From: Eledone cirrhosa
Lineage: Eukaryota
Length of the DNA stretch: 64,000 bases
Direction: 5' to 3'
Assembly: GCA_964016885.1 (NCBI GenBank)
Contig: OZ024742.1
Span: 296,422,001-296,486,000, forward strand
The notes below the pieces were generated by a model that saw only the letters and a program-made list of their open reading frames with translations, had not been told where the DNA came from and made no database searches. How positions within the stretch are numbered: the first letter of the stretch is position 1; each line of letters starts with the position of its first letter. The translations under genes and the position numbers were made by a program. This document shows positions 48,231 to 63,000 of this stretch, one piece after another.

Positions 48231-48835
48231 TCTTCTGGTTTTATAATTTCACAAAGTTTTACCAATAGAGAGAGAGTCGGTTTCTAACATAGACACAAGA
48301 CTCTCTCATTGGAATTTACACAACATCAACTAGGTAGATATGTATGTATGTCTGCATGCATGCATGTGTAGATATGGATGTTATTGTATGTGTGGATGTG
48401 CATGTTTTGAGTTGTATGTGTGCATGTGTATATGCTTTGTATCTGTACATGTGTATATGCAGTTATTAAATGCAAAATGTTTGGAATGTTTTACATATTT
48501 TTACTGTTCCATTAATGGATTGTACTTTTAATTTCCTATCTAGTTGTATTCTTTCTGTTCCTGTGAAGCCTAGCTTCTTAAGATTTGTATTGAGGCAGTT
48601 ACTAACATATCCCAGTGCCCCAATAATCACAGGTATAAATCTGAAGGTGTAATCAGGGTGGAGTATCTGCAGATTTCTCATCAGTTGTGCATAAATGTTC
48701 TCCTTTTCACTAATCTTTGATATTATATTGGCATCTGCTGGGCAGCTAATTTCCACTTCTGTGTATGTATGTATGTATGTATGTATGTATGTATGTATGT
48801 ATGTATGTATGTATGTATGTATGTATGTATGTATG

Positions 48836-48869
<34 letters not shown>

Positions 48870-50010
48870 TGTATGTATGTATGTACGTGTGTATGTATGT
48901 ATGTATGTGTGTATGATCAGGTTTTTATAATTTTATGAATTCTTAGAGTTGGCTTCTAACATAGACACAAGACTCTTTCATTGGAATTTAGACAACATCA
49001 ACTAGGTAGATATGTATGCACATCTGCATGCATGCGTGTGTACGTATGGATGTTATTGTATGTCTGGATGTGGATATGTTTCGAATTTGTACATATGTAC
49101 ATGCAGTTATAATATGCAGAATTTTTGGAATATTTTACATATTTTTACTGTTCCATTAATGGATTGTACTTGTAATTTCCTAACTAGTCATGTTCTTTCT
49201 GTTTCTGTGAAGCCTAGCTTCTCAAGATTTGTACTGAGGCAGTTACTAACATATCCCAGTGCCCCAATAATCACAGGTATAAATCAAGTATAGTCAGGGT
49301 GGATTATCAGCAGATTCCTCATTAATTCTGCATTGATATTCTCCTCTTCACTAATCTTTAATATTATATTGGCATCTTCTGAGCAGCTGACTTCCACTAC
49401 TGTGCATGCCTTATTTTCCCTGTCCCATATCATTATATCTAGTTTGTTATGCTTGCATTTTATTATGGTTTTGACTGAAACATTCCACCAGTACTCTTTT
49501 ATACTATGTGTGCATATGCCTTCCACATTGCTGTAACTTTTAATATGTTTATTGTCGTGGCTATATTTTTTATGGATTGCATGATTGTACATATGTTTGT
49601 ATAGATTGTGGAATATTTTAGGGTGATTCTCTTTCTCCTGTTTTCATCTATCTTTCTTACATTCTCTTGTCCCAAGAGTTGAATAGAACAAATTAGAATA
49701 GAACAAATTGAATAGAACAACATTTTTGATAAGATCATCTCACACTAAATGGACGATCTGAAATTATATTCAAAAGATAAGTTCTAAAAACTGAACTTCC
49801 AGAATAGAATTGAAGCTATATACTCCCTGACTGTGCCTGTTGTCCAGTATAACTTTAATGTCATCAATTGGACTTTGAGTGAGTTCCATCATATGGACAT
49901 AAAGACTAGGAAACTGTGGACATTAAACAGGGTGCAATTCCCAAAAGCAGACGTCCATCTATCTCCAATGAAAGGAGGATGGTAGAGGCCTAATCCAACT
50001 TGAAATGTCC
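48231..50010 (-). mobile_element. R4/Dong-type (RLE) non-LTR retrotransposon: two 3' fragments (48231-48757, 48917-~49700) and an inverted RT piece (49735-50010, + strand)
   Basis: KHNKLDIMIWDRENKACTVVEVSC..NII.KISEKEN.YA.L..FIPVIIGALG (PD-D/ExK RLE); plus strand MDDLKLYSK, VPVVQYNF.VINW, GRGLIQLE. Confidence 0.8.
48763..48914. repeat. (TATG)n microsatellite
   Basis: Direct inspection. Confidence 0.97.
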
Positions 50011-50081
50011 AATAACATGACTTATAGAAAGAAGCCCATGTATAGAAGCAATACAAAAGATAGTACTAATGGGAACTGCCC

Positions 50082-50371
50082 ATATACTAAGAAGAATTAT
50101 GTCGATATAAGTATCTCACAAATATAAACATCTAATTTTTCTTTTTCTGAACATGCAGAACTTGGTGTCAAAATGTTTTGATATATTGTTTAAAAGTAAT
50201 GATATATTTGAAACAAAATATTTTCAATTTGTTTTGTGGTTATGATATTTTAGGTTATTAAGTATATAAAATTAGGAATTAAACTAAGGCATACTAAGAA
50301 GAATTCTGTCGATATAAGTATCTCACAAATATAAACATCTAATTTTTCTTTTTCTCAACATGGCAGAACTT
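50082..50371 (+). repeat. ~80-bp direct duplication (50082-50163 / 50291-50371)
   Basis: atactaagaagaatt(a/c)tgtcgatataagtatctcacaaatataaacatctaatttttctttttct occurs twice. Confidence 0.9.
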
Positions 50372-51218
50372 GAGGTCACTGGTTGTGACTGATATGAACA
50401 TAGAGCTAAATAAAAACGATACTACTATAGGCACAAGTGCATTACTGGTACTTTATTTTATCAACCCCATAAGGATGAAAGGCATGATTTGAACCCAAAA
50501 CGTAAAGGGCCAAAAGCTCTCTGCTGCAAAGCATGGTGTCCGATGCCAATCCATCGATAATAATAATAATATCAACAACAATGAGAAGAAAATGAATATC
50601 TGTTATTTCTGCATGGCATCCCTTAAGCATTTCCCAAGCCTTTTCTGTATCAGTTTGTAAAGCCACCATGTAACATAACAACTTTGTCTCTATCAGAACT
50701 CCATCAGCTTTTAATGCCATCAGAAAACATAAGAAGTAATAGAGGTTATTTGCAAATAGATTGACAATCTGAAAAGTATATTAGCACCAGATGGTATTAT
50801 GTGAACAGTAAAATAATAGACGGTATTCTAGTCATGATTCAATTACAGAACACAACTTATTTTAATTCTATTTTGAAACTGCACAACTCTATATGTTTTC
50901 TTATGAAGTTACAGCTTCAAGTGAAGTAGTAACTATATGTACATTATTACTTTAGGAAAAGTTCATTGAACTGATTTCCTTTTTTATTCCACATATAATT
51001 TCCACATACATCTTCATTTCTGGGCAATTCAAGGGAGTTATTATTACTTCTCTTGTGCTTTATACCCAAAAGAAACATTTTATAAGATATATACCCACCT
51101 CCCTCTTTATATATTATTAGCAAATATTAGAAGTTGAAGCAAACAATTTCTGCTTTCACCCTTAAGTGGGATCTTGTTCTTTGCATTTATTATTATTGTT
51201 ATACACACACATACACAG

Positions 51219-51278
<60 letters not shown>

Positions 51279-52216
51279 CGAGAGCGAGAGAATTTAACAT
51301 CCTTCTAGCGGGTCCGGGTGAGTTTTTTACATTCATTTAATCTATTAATTTATTAATTTTTTATTTGAGTGACCCGAATTTTCCTGGTCGTTTTTTTCGA
51401 CTGTGCTATTGATTCTAAGCATCGTCTCTATGATGTGTTGGTATTTTAACGATAGTTATAGCTCTGGTTCATCCAAACTATTGAGCCCTCTGCTACACAT
51501 GTCGAAGTTTGTTTATCATTATTTCGTGGGCCGAAATTCTGATTCTCGATTATTTACTTGTATATATATATATATATACAGAGAGAGAGAGAGAGAGAGA
51601 CAGATTTAGTATATGTCTATGCTAGCATTTTTACTAGCCACGAGCTTTACCTTTCCCAGTAACAAGCTTAATGCAAAATATTGTTTTAACATATACATAT
51701 TGTTCATGTGGCCAACATGGCTTGTTTTTTGAAGCACTTCTATGTCTGCCACCATGTCATGCCATTTAATGTAAAATGTTTGGTGATAGGAAGAGCATTA
51801 AGCCATTGAAAACCGGCCAAAGAAAAGGTAGGGAGAATTCTTCTGCCAGCAGCCCTGTGATTGTGCTGGTGATTTACATGACAAACACACCCAGTATATC
51901 TGTAAAGTATACAGGTGATAAGAAGGTCATGCAGCAGCAGAGAGCTTGCCAAAAAGAGGTGAGAGGACTCCTCAGCTATGTCAAAGAGATGAAAACCTCC
52001 CTAGTATTGCTGTCATGATGCAATGCACATGGTTGTGTTTGTGTGTGTGTGACCATTTGTGAGTTTCAGGCTGCTGGCCCATCTGAGCACTTGCTACAAA
52101 GCATGAATGTATGGTGGTATGTTGCACCATGTGCTCGGGTTGAGGGCGGTTGTCATGTCTTTGACACAACTGAGGGTCCCCCAACTCATTTTAGAACAAT
52201 ATTTCAGCTGTGTGCA

Positions 52217-52251
<35 letters not shown>

Positions 52252-52910
52252 GGGGAGACAGCAAACATTATATCAGACCATGGGTACAACTTCTGGCAAG
52301 TGTGTCACCTCTTTTCTGGCGACAGGAGGCAGGAATTTTTAACTCTTAATGCGCAGAGCTTGGACAGATACCACAGAGTATCTTATCTGGTTCTTTAACG
52401 ATTCTGTCATCCCACCACCCTGACCCCTTACTTGAACTCGCATAACAGACAGGTGGAACAAATATCAAAGTATTTAATTAGATGCTCTAATGATTCTGAC
52501 AATTTGCCAATGAAATGGTCCAATAAACCAGTTAAACATAATGAATGACCAAAACTTTACCTAGCTACATAAAAGTCACTATACGTCCTTGTAGTGTCAA
52601 TGCCATAAATATTAATCAACTACTGTGGTCCATTTAATCAACTATATTTACACCACTCCTTAAAATTGATAGCTCCATGCCTGTGTTAGAAATCATTAAT
52701 ATTACGATCAATAACCACATCATGAGAAAAGTATCAAAAAGTCAAAATAGCTCATGATTATCTCAGAATATTGCCTGAAGATATTGTCTACAAGAAACAT
52801 AGGGTGACTAACACATCTCATGATACAGCTAAGATTACATATAAAATTCATAAAATTCAACAAAATAGGATTTCCTTTGGTAGATAAAATATAAAATAAA
52901 ATTGCTTTAA

Positions 52911-53118
52911 CCCTTTAGTATTTAAACTGGTCATATCTGGTCTGAATTTTCTCACCTCTTTCTGATTAAACCGGCCATAACTGGCCATTCGTACTGATGT
53001 TAAGGTATTGTCCTCAAAATAAATAATATCAAAATCTCATAGATTCGATATTATGTGAGGTAAAGCCTTTAATGTGAAAATATAATAGTAAATATAGAAT
53101 AATGTAAATGCGAAAAGG
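52911..53118. mobile_element. piggyBac-like MITE with TTAA TSD, same family as 33217-33435
   Basis: ttaa|ccctttagtattta ... taaatgcgaaaagg|ttaa; shared internal aatctcatagattcgatattatg. Confidence 0.75.
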
Positions 53119-55939
53119 TTAATAATTGTTTCTACTTTTTGGCACAAGGCCAGCAATTACCCAGTGCATTACTGGTACTTTATTTTTATTGACCCCGTAA
53201 GGATGAAAGGCAAAGTAAACCTCGGTGAATAATGAAACCTGTTTTGAAGAAGTATTTCAAAGTTCCATTATTTAACAAGAGTTGAAGAGTTTGAGAAAAT
53301 TATTAGAAATGATAAATAACATTTCTTTTGCTTGCTAGGTGATCCAATTACCAATTTACACTACATAGCTCTTACTACTCTCTCTTTCTTTGTCAATTAC
53401 ATTTGATACTTAACATTTTTCGTACCAATCAGGTCAAAACCAGCTCTGGTTTTATGAAGCTACCCATCTTGCAACATAATTTCATATAAAAACCATACAT
53501 TAAGTTAATATTTTAGTTATGAAATAATTAATGATTTTAGTAAGTCTCTCAAAATTAATTTAAATATGGTATATTTCATTAGAAAGGCAATTATAAAAGA
53601 GTTAAATATATTCAGTTTAAAGCTATTTGTTTTTAATGGTGTGTTATTTTTATCTCAGAAAATTACTCAATTATTTAGCATAGAAAGTCTTGTTAAACTT
53701 CATATATAAATATTTTATGCTATATAGTATATATTTTTTATACTTTCTGTCAGAAGTTTCTAGTAATATATGTGCAATGATAAAAGAAAAGGACCAAACT
53801 TAGTTTTTGTCAGTCTCTCTTATGCAATCAAATATAAACATAAGGTTTCAAAGTGTGTAAGTGTCTGTATATTGATTGTGTGAAGGATGTGTTCATGTAG
53901 TGGAATAGTTCTGTCTGAGTTTTTTTAAAATGATATTATCATTGTAATCCACACAGCCTAATTTTGAAAACAAAACAATTGTTTACTATAGCTGTGACTT
54001 TCTCTTTCTTCCTCTCCCTCTCTCTCACTATCTGCCTATCTATCGATCTATCTATCCCATATATATATGGGATAGATAGATCGATAGATGGGATAGATAG
54101 ATCGATATATAAATATATATATAAATATATATAAACAGAAATTTAATATAGAAATAGCTTCTACATGTCTAGAACTGTTTCATTCATATGAAATGCTCTC
54201 CCTACTTATGTATTGAGTAGCTTATTTACTGTGGTTACCCTTGATTTCACTTGGGGTCTATATATATATATACTAATATTTTACATAGGAAGGTGAATCA
54301 CCTTGAGCCAATGTTTGTGGTGAGAAATAACTGCGTAAATCAGATTAAGAATGAATTAACTGCTCCGATTTCCAATATAAAGTGATATTAAATATTATAC
54401 ACACCATTTGAGACACTAAACAGAAACATTTCTACTGACAGGAAGACCAAGCCTGTTTCAATTTTCTCTCTTAAATTGATATATATCCTATGTAATATGA
54501 CTTTATATTAAAACACATAGCAGTGAATTCATTCACAAAATCATATTTTCATATAAAAGCAAAAGCATGCAACATCATCCTTTTCATGTCTGCTTTCCAT
54601 GCCAGCATAGGCTTTGCTTGTTGTCACACATCCTGACTAGATAGAGTGAGGGTATCACATCTTGCTTGAACATTCCATTTTTGGAATGGCTTCTGTGGCT
54701 GGATGCCACTGAAAAATATTGACTGGCTGGGTATATTTGTGTTACCAGTACTACGACTTACAGAGTGTATTGTGTGTATTTTATAATTGCACTAAAGGGA
54801 AATAATTAAATATTATTCAATAAAAGCTATTAAAATCAAAACATAATTTTCAATCTAAGGAAGGTTTCATAAAAGTAGTTGATAGTTTCTGTTAACTAGG
54901 TGATCAAAATTCACAGTGGGGGTGAGTGCTGGAAACAAAGCAGTCACAATACAAATGGATGGAAAAAATTCACAGAATTACTATCCCTGCTGGCAACAAA
55001 GGGATTTTCTCACAGTGTGAAGGAAAGATTATATGAAGCCTACATATGAAGGGCAAAGTTGTGGCAGGGTAGTGAGATATGGACAGTGAATGCAAATGCT
55101 ATGTAAAGAGAAAAAAAAAATAAGGCTAGCATGATCTATTGTATGTATAATGTTAGTGTGCATCAACAATGAAACACAAGTGAGTTGAGGGTAAATCTTG
55201 GCATATGTAGAATCAGATATGTTGTGCAAGAGAGCATATTTTTCTGGTATAAATATGTAATGTATATGATTGATACTTGTTGGATGATGAAGTGTAAAAT
55301 ATTCAAGATGAAGATCAAGGAGGACCTGGGCAGAAGTAGTGAGAGCTGATCTCAGAACCCTGAACTTTAGAGAGCATATGATGAAAGAATCTAACAAGTG
55401 GAAGCAGGCTGTAGTGCCTCCCAAATAAATTTACTTCAACATATAGTTTGGCAAGTTGACAAGCCTTATTCTTGATACCTCTTGCTCTGACTACACTAAG
55501 AAAGTTATTAAACCTATTATGTGGCAATAATATTTGGTGATTTATTTAGTGATTGCAGGAAATTACTATATATTTATGCTAATTATACAGATTTTATACA
55601 TCTCTCTAAGGTCTGCACCCTTAGAGGTTGCTTAGTTAACCTAACTGCAGTGCCAGTAATGTCTCTTTAACACACGAAAGCATAGAAAATGATGATAATC
55701 ATCATAAAGACTTTGATGTTATTGTACTTGATATATTGATCTTTTGATTCTTTCTCCCTACATTTAATGCCCTTATATCAAATTAATATTCATGTCTTAC
55801 TTACGGATGGTCATGATGATAAAATATTGTGCCGCTTACAATACAAATAAAAAGCTATTTCTGACACACTCATTACATCCTCAACTTTATTTTACTAAAA
55901 TAAGAAATTCTTGATCATTTGAAAAATATGTTAATCATA

Positions 55940-56480
55940 ATGCAGTAGCATTATACTGAATCACCTTCACTACACGTCTTTGCAGATTGTTACATGTTAA
56001 GTGACAAGACAATGTCACAGACATGGAAGTGCTCCAATTGGTAAAACCTGCCTCCAGCACCTTCAAAATATTGCTGGTAAAAGCCCAATTTGCTGGAGAG
56101 GCCATGTTGAACAATATGTGTATACCAAAAGAGCAACTCGGCAGTGAGCTTGCTCCTGGGAAAACAAAAATGCCACATGAAGAGCCAAATGGGTACACTA
56201 AGCTACATAGACATTAACATAAAATCCTGGGATCAGCTTGCTCAGAAGAGACCCTTATGGTGCAGCCTCATTCATAAAGGTGCACAATCCTTGCAAGTGG
56301 CATACATCCAAAGAGTATAAACCAAACATGAGCTACTTAAATCCCACTTAGGCATCACTCCAAAGGAAGTCATAGAAAACATGTGTGCCTCACATGCAGC
56401 TACTGCTTCTGTGCAAATGACACACTCATCAATTATTTACAGAGATATAAAACCTAAATAATCAAGGAACTACAATTATA
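55940..56480 (+). mobile_element. Old RTE/BovB-like LINE 3' fragment
   Basis: RLLHVK*QDNVTDMEVL, F-WRGHV-like and PKEQLGSEL..GK remnants. Confidence 0.55.
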
Positions 56481-57390
56481 ACCTTTATTGACTACAGATG
56501 GACAAACAACTAAAGTACCAGCAATGTACTGGGTAATTGCTGGCCTTGTGCCTAAAGTAGAAACAATTATGTATATATCTATATTTTAGAGAATAAGGGG
56601 CACTTAATTCTTAATAGAATGATAAGAGTGATGTTCTGACCCACAACATGTCTTGGACATTTTAACCAACCCTCTCAAGTCAAAACCAAAATCAACTTTG
56701 ATAGGGTTCAAACTCAAATAACAGTGGGTTAGAACAAATACCAAGACACTTTTAATCTGATGCCCTAATGACTGTCAATTCACTGTCTTTTTTTTTAGAA
56801 AATACATTGAGGTTAAATACATTTAGTTTTCTGAATAGATTTATTCTCATATTTCACCTAAACCACTTAGTGTAGTTAATTAAAAATGAATTCTTCAGCA
56901 GTCTCTGATCTTAAATAAAACCTAATTATATTTAAAGTTGAAAATGGATATTGTTATGATTACATTTTTTATAGAAGTTTTGTTTATTTATTTCATACAA
57001 TGTTTTTTTTTGTTGTAATTTTATTAGGGATAAAGTTTGTGCCTAATTTCTTAAAGCAACACATCTCAATATTTTAGTGACTGTAGACCATAGTTGATAA
57101 TCACAAGAGAATATTAAAATAGATAAAATAGAAGAATCTTCATCTATCTGGCTTATACAATTTCTGTTTATGAACTGTTCACAGTATCAGATAGTTAATA
57201 TAAAACAGACATACGACAATATATGGAATATCTAAGCCATAAGGTCTTCATACATCTACAAATCCAAATAATTAAACAAATCATCACCATGTATCCTGAT
57301 CTCACTCGTGTTTAACATCTTATGATATACCACTGTAGAATATATGTATTCGAGGGGTTGCTGTGGGCATGCATGTAGTCCATCTATCTA

Positions 57391-58386
57391 TCTATATATA
57401 TAAAACTGTGGTTGTCTGTCTATCGATTTTTGGCACACATCTCCTCTTAGAATCTCTCACGGAATTGCACCGAAATTGCTATACTTGTACATTGAGCCCT
57501 AGCGAAGACATCGGAAAAAAATATTTCAAATTGACCCACCCTATGTGACGAAATCGAATATAATGTATCGATTTTTGAGCGTAAGTTATCAGTTATTTCC
57601 CTTTGTTCTGTTTACATTGAGCGTCTTACGTAAAAAATTACGCTGGCTTTCTCAGCGTTTAAAATGACATTAACACAATACACGAACAGTTGTCGAGCCA
57701 GCAAAATATTGACCTGCAAAATTCATCAGTTCGAACACTAAGCTTCCGTTTTGCTTCATTTCCATTTAAAAGCATTTTAAAACAATATTTTTACTTGAAA
57801 ACAAGTCTATTTAAAGACTACGTAAAACAAGCAAATATTTCGTCGTTAGGCGTGCAGACAGACAGTCGTGCAGACAGACAGTCGTGCAGACAGACAGTCG
57901 TGCAGAGAGGTGATATACGCGTGCAGACAGACAGTCGTGCAGAGAGGTGATATAGGCGTGCAGACAGATAGTCGTGCAGAGAGGTGATATAGGCGTGCAG
58001 ACAGATAGTCGTGCAGAGAGGTGATATAGGCGTGCAGACAGACAGTCGTGCAGAGAGGTGATATAGGCGTGCAGACAGACATAACTGATAATTTGGTTAC
58101 GCTAATGTTTTTCTCTGCGTTGCAGTGTTTACATTTTCGATCTTTGTTAATAAATAACCAGTGCAGTTTCTATCCCCAGCATCCTCTTTTGTTATAACAT
58201 TCGGGTTATCGTTATGTTTTCTTAACTTCATAAGGCATATTGTTGGTTGAGGGAATATTAATCAAAAACACCACATGCAGGTCTGCACAGTAGACACTAC
58301 AGTTTTTAAGCCAAGAAAGAAACTTAACATTGTAACTTTAACACAGCTACTGAGCGACCCCGAGCAACGCCGGGCTTTACTGCTAG
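57391..58386 (+). mobile_element. Non-autonomous Helitron
   Basis: 5' A|TCTATATATATAAAA; 3' hairpin cccg-agcaacgc-cggg followed after 8 nt by CTAG|T; no TIR or TSD. Confidence 0.8.
57850..58080. repeat. Minisatellite inside the Helitron: 16-bp subunits x3, then a 37-bp unit x~5
   Basis: gcgtgcagacagacagtcgtgcagagaggtgatatag. Confidence 0.92.
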
Positions 58387-59935
58387 TCTATCTATATATG
58401 TGTGTGTATATATATATATATATATAGGATATAAAGGATATCATACATTTTTCATTAGATATTTATTTTGACATCATTCAAAAGAAAGCAGAGAACAGTA
58501 TCTGAAAATGATGTCTTCATTTATAAGATCAATTGTGTAGCATGTCTCTTTTTAAATCCTTATGTTAATGCTATATAAAATAGGTTTGCACCTTGTATGG
58601 GTTTGGAGTTACTGCCTTCTAGACAGGCAGGGTGACACATTCTGTTTATATATGTTCTGGCTTTGGCATGACTTCTATAGCTGGTTGTCCTTCCTCTCAC
58701 AAACTACTTTACTGAAAATGACAGTACATTTAAGACAATTAATTGTGTCATCTATGTGTTTAACGTTTTCAAGATGACAGATGAGAATGAAATACATTAA
58801 AAGTTCAAATTAGTTTTACACATGGTAATGAAATGTATGTATATGTATGATAAACATTTTGACAAGTGAATTGGAAATCACCTTGTCTAAACATTATCTA
58901 TAAATGTTTTAGTTAAATATTTACACAAAACACCTAGTGGACTCGTAGGGGTGCAGTTCTTGAGCATTTTAAACCTGGCAGAATTCATCCTTCTCCAGGT
59001 CTGAACATCGACAATTTTTTCCAGAAAAAGAGAAATAGTGAGAGCATGAGGGAGAGAGTGAGAGACATGTGTTGAGATATAAGGAAGAATTGACCATAGT
59101 ATTAGGCTAATATTTTATTTATTGACCTCAAAATAATGTTTCTACTTTTGGCACAAGGCCAGCAATTACTCCAGTACATTACTGGTGCTTTATTTTATTG
59201 ACCCTGTAAGGATGATAAAAAGCAAAACTGATCTCAAAAGAATGAGAAGTAAAATTGACCTTGGCAGGATTTAAATTTAGAGAGCAATGAGCCAGAACAA
59301 ATACTGAGGTATTTCTAATCCTATACACTAACATCTACCAATCCTTTGTCTTTTGCATTAGTTACTTTTGTGAATATTAACTATTAACTATTGCTTTGTG
59401 ACACTTGTTCATTTCTACTTTTGTAAATCAGAAAATAAGAAATATTTTTCGTTGGTTTTATATTTTTCTTTGTGTGTCTATAGTTGTGCGAGTGCTTATG
59501 TATATATTGTTGTTTCTTTATGTGAGTTTTGTTGTCTATATGCAATTGCAAGATAGAGGGAGAGAGAGAAAGAGAGAGAGTCTGTATGTGTGCATGTGTG
59601 TTGCTTACATTTGATCGCTAGTATTTAAGAGTAATTCCCAGAGTATATTTTGGGGGTAGATTTTATATATATATATAGATAGATAGATATATATTAATAC
59701 ACAGCTGGGAAAATCGACTTTAAACAATGATATAATGAGGATGATGAATACTTAAGGCTGATTATTGCCATAAAAGATATGCAAAGGCATTTCATTAAGG
59801 ATTGATCCAGTCAATCAAATTCTCATTTGTGAAATGTCCATTTTTCTGTCTTTGAACAAGTTTGTTTTATATAGATAGTGGTAGGCATATATCCACTGTA
59901 ACTGCTGTATTATACAAATATATATATATATGTGA

Positions 59936-59984
<49 letters not shown>

Positions 59985-59995
59985 CATACATATAT

Positions 59996-60026
<31 letters not shown>

Positions 60027-63000
60027 CATATACACACATATATATATTTATATACAAATACATGTATATAACACACATACTCTCATAAATGCACACACAT
60101 ACATAGTAGAACTAATCATAAAGAATTTATTGTGACATTTAGAGAGATTTATAATTCTACCAAATTGTATCTTTTCACATTTTGTATGGCGTGATTATGT
60201 ATTTAATTTCCATCAAAAGTAATATTTTGGCAATTTCCTTGATATTCCATAAGTCTTTTAATGCAATAAACCATTTTGTCTTATCTCTATAGATCTCACA
60301 TGTGATTTAATATTGTTTTGCTGGTGGAATATCTTTCTCACTAATTTAGGCCCAAAACATAGCAAATCGGATATTTACGGTTGTCCTACGATCTGGAATA
60401 ATCAAATAATAGCATAATAGCATAATGGCATAATTGTCGGTTCTTACTGACAAATTTACTGATAAAAACAGAATAATGGTTTCGAAATTTCTGTCTAATG
60501 GTAGAATTAAATAAAATGAAAAAAAAAAAGAAAATGAAAACAAAACAAACATTACAAAAACAAGTATGATTATAGTATTATATTGAGAAAACAAATGAAG
60601 AGAGTACTGTGGATATTTATATAGCATCATCACTGTTTTACATCTGTGTTCCATACTGGCATGGTTTAGAGGGGTTTCCATGTTCTGAGACTAGACAGGT
60701 TGGTGGATTATGTCTTTCTCATATGTTTCATTTTAGCATGATTTCTATAGTTGGATTCTCTCCCTAATGCCAAGCATTTTGCAGTATACTGAGTGCATTA
60801 CATGATGACCCTGCAACACGTGTTATGTTGGCATCTATTAAAAGACTAAAAGGAACCTATCCACTCCATGATGTCTCTGGTCTCTCTCTAAAATTTGCAT
60901 TTAACATTGCAGTGCTCAGACTGTCTGACAGGACCTGCTGGAAGGAGTGTTTGAGAACTCTGCCCCATGACCCGCTCATGAATAAGTTGGTAAAGAAGAA
61001 GAGAAGTGCTTGTACTGTTGACCAAGCATACTGTTAACATGATGCTGTGACATCTTTTTCATGAAATTAATTTTTTTTTGTGTCAGTCATTGACCTGTCA
61101 CTTCTCCCCATCCGATGAGGAGATCTCCCACCCCAAAATCTCTTGTGAAAATGAGTACAGTTTTCATTATGTAAAGTCTCCAAATTTTGCCTCATTTCTG
61201 CCCATTTTGTTTTCATGGTACACCCTGTTTTGGTCTTTAGAGATTGCTAAGTCTGCAGTCATTGGGTATAATAGTTTTCTATTCTACCTGATTAATTATG
61301 CAAGTACCAGCCTATGTTCTACCCCTATCCTAGATAGTTTTATCATCTCAGTCACTATTCCCATAGGTCAGCTTCCTTTCTTATCTTCATATTATTAATT
61401 GCTTTATCTACCAATCGGTTGTCAATTTTGATAGCTGATCTCCTAGTTGGGTCTATTTGGGGTAGACCCTTACTCACTCATGCATTCTCATCATTCACCA
61501 ACCTCGTATAATAGCTTTTCCATGGCCCTTTCTTATTGATGTTAGACAAATTAAATATACTGCATACATGCGCATATATATTCTTGTCATTTCTTTAAAG
61601 CATGCACAATGTTCACATTACTGCTTTCCATCTCTCCACATATCTCAAAGGTGGCCGACACGAAAAGGAAGCCGTTGATCAAGCCCTGGTATTTGTTTAT
61701 CTTCCTCTCCTCTGTAATGTAGATTAGACTTTATATACAGTTCCTTTTTATCTAACTCATATATTTAAAATATACAAATATTTTGTATGATGTTTTTGTA
61801 ATAGATTTAATGTTTTCTGCTTTATTTCCTTGCAATTAATTAACTGCAAGATGTTGTGGTTAGATCAATTCATAATATACTGGTATAAGAGTTTATTGAC
61901 TACAGGCTTGGTATATGTGGTTTAATCTTGATAAATTCTACACTAAATTAACTTGAAGTAGACTAAACATTCTTTTGTGGTAAATTTCATTGTTTTTCTT
62001 TTTATATTATGTTTACATGCTGGGAAATAAATTCCGGCTTATAAATCAAAGAATAGATGGTTTAGTTGATCACTATACTCTTCCTCCTCAACATCATCAT
62101 CCTCATCATCATCGTTCCCATTATTATTTGCTTCCATCTCTTTTCTCTTCCTCAACTTCCACCACCACCTCCTCCTCTGCTTTCTCCACTGCCACCACTA
62201 TCACTATCATCATCTTCATCACCACCACTTTGGTGTATTGACAAATAGAGCCTCAAAAGTGATGCCTTGTGAATCCCAGCTTTTTGTATTGTGTTCACCT
62301 ACAGCAATGCATGAGTGACAGTTGGTCTTCCACAAAACATTTTGTCCAAGCTTTTCTGGTGCAAATCCATGATCAGCTAGAATTGATGGGTGTCATGGAG
62401 AGAAGGTTTATGAAGGAGTTTGTATTTTAGATCACACACATATTCTGTAGAATTTGGTAAACGTTATCAGTGTAAGAAAAACTAGATAAGGTCTTATTGA
62501 TGGTGACAATTCTTTAGAGAAGAGAAAACTTTAATATCTGTGGTGAAACTATAAAAATAATAAAAGTTGGTATTGAATATATATAATACAAAATAACTTG
62601 TGTGCTTCTTATTTGAGTGTGAAGATTTCAGTTGTACAAGATAGTAAATGTCTTAAGAAAATCACATTTCCAGTTGATATAGAATAGATTTTACTGTTGT
62701 TTTCCAAGTTTCTGATAACTTGGATATTTTCTCACACCTAATAACGTTTTCATGCTTGTTTTAAATGAATCTTTCTAACTGAAATTGTTCAAATATTTAA
62801 GTAAGGAATCAAAAACTTTGTTTTGAAGTAAATGCACCCTTTTTATTAGATGCCTTTATTAGCTTTCTGTTACCATATTTCTCATAAAAGACACTGTCAA
62901 TGGTTTTGAAATAATTTTGAAAATAATCAAGAATTTGGAAGAATGTAGATATATAACTAAGTTGCTCATTATGAAGTTGGTGTTAGAAACATAATAAAGG

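Noticed and set aside
52770-52810. CUGAAGA...GAAA hammerhead-like motif (similar motif at ~12334)
   Set aside because: No stem I or stem III complementarity and no Penelope context.
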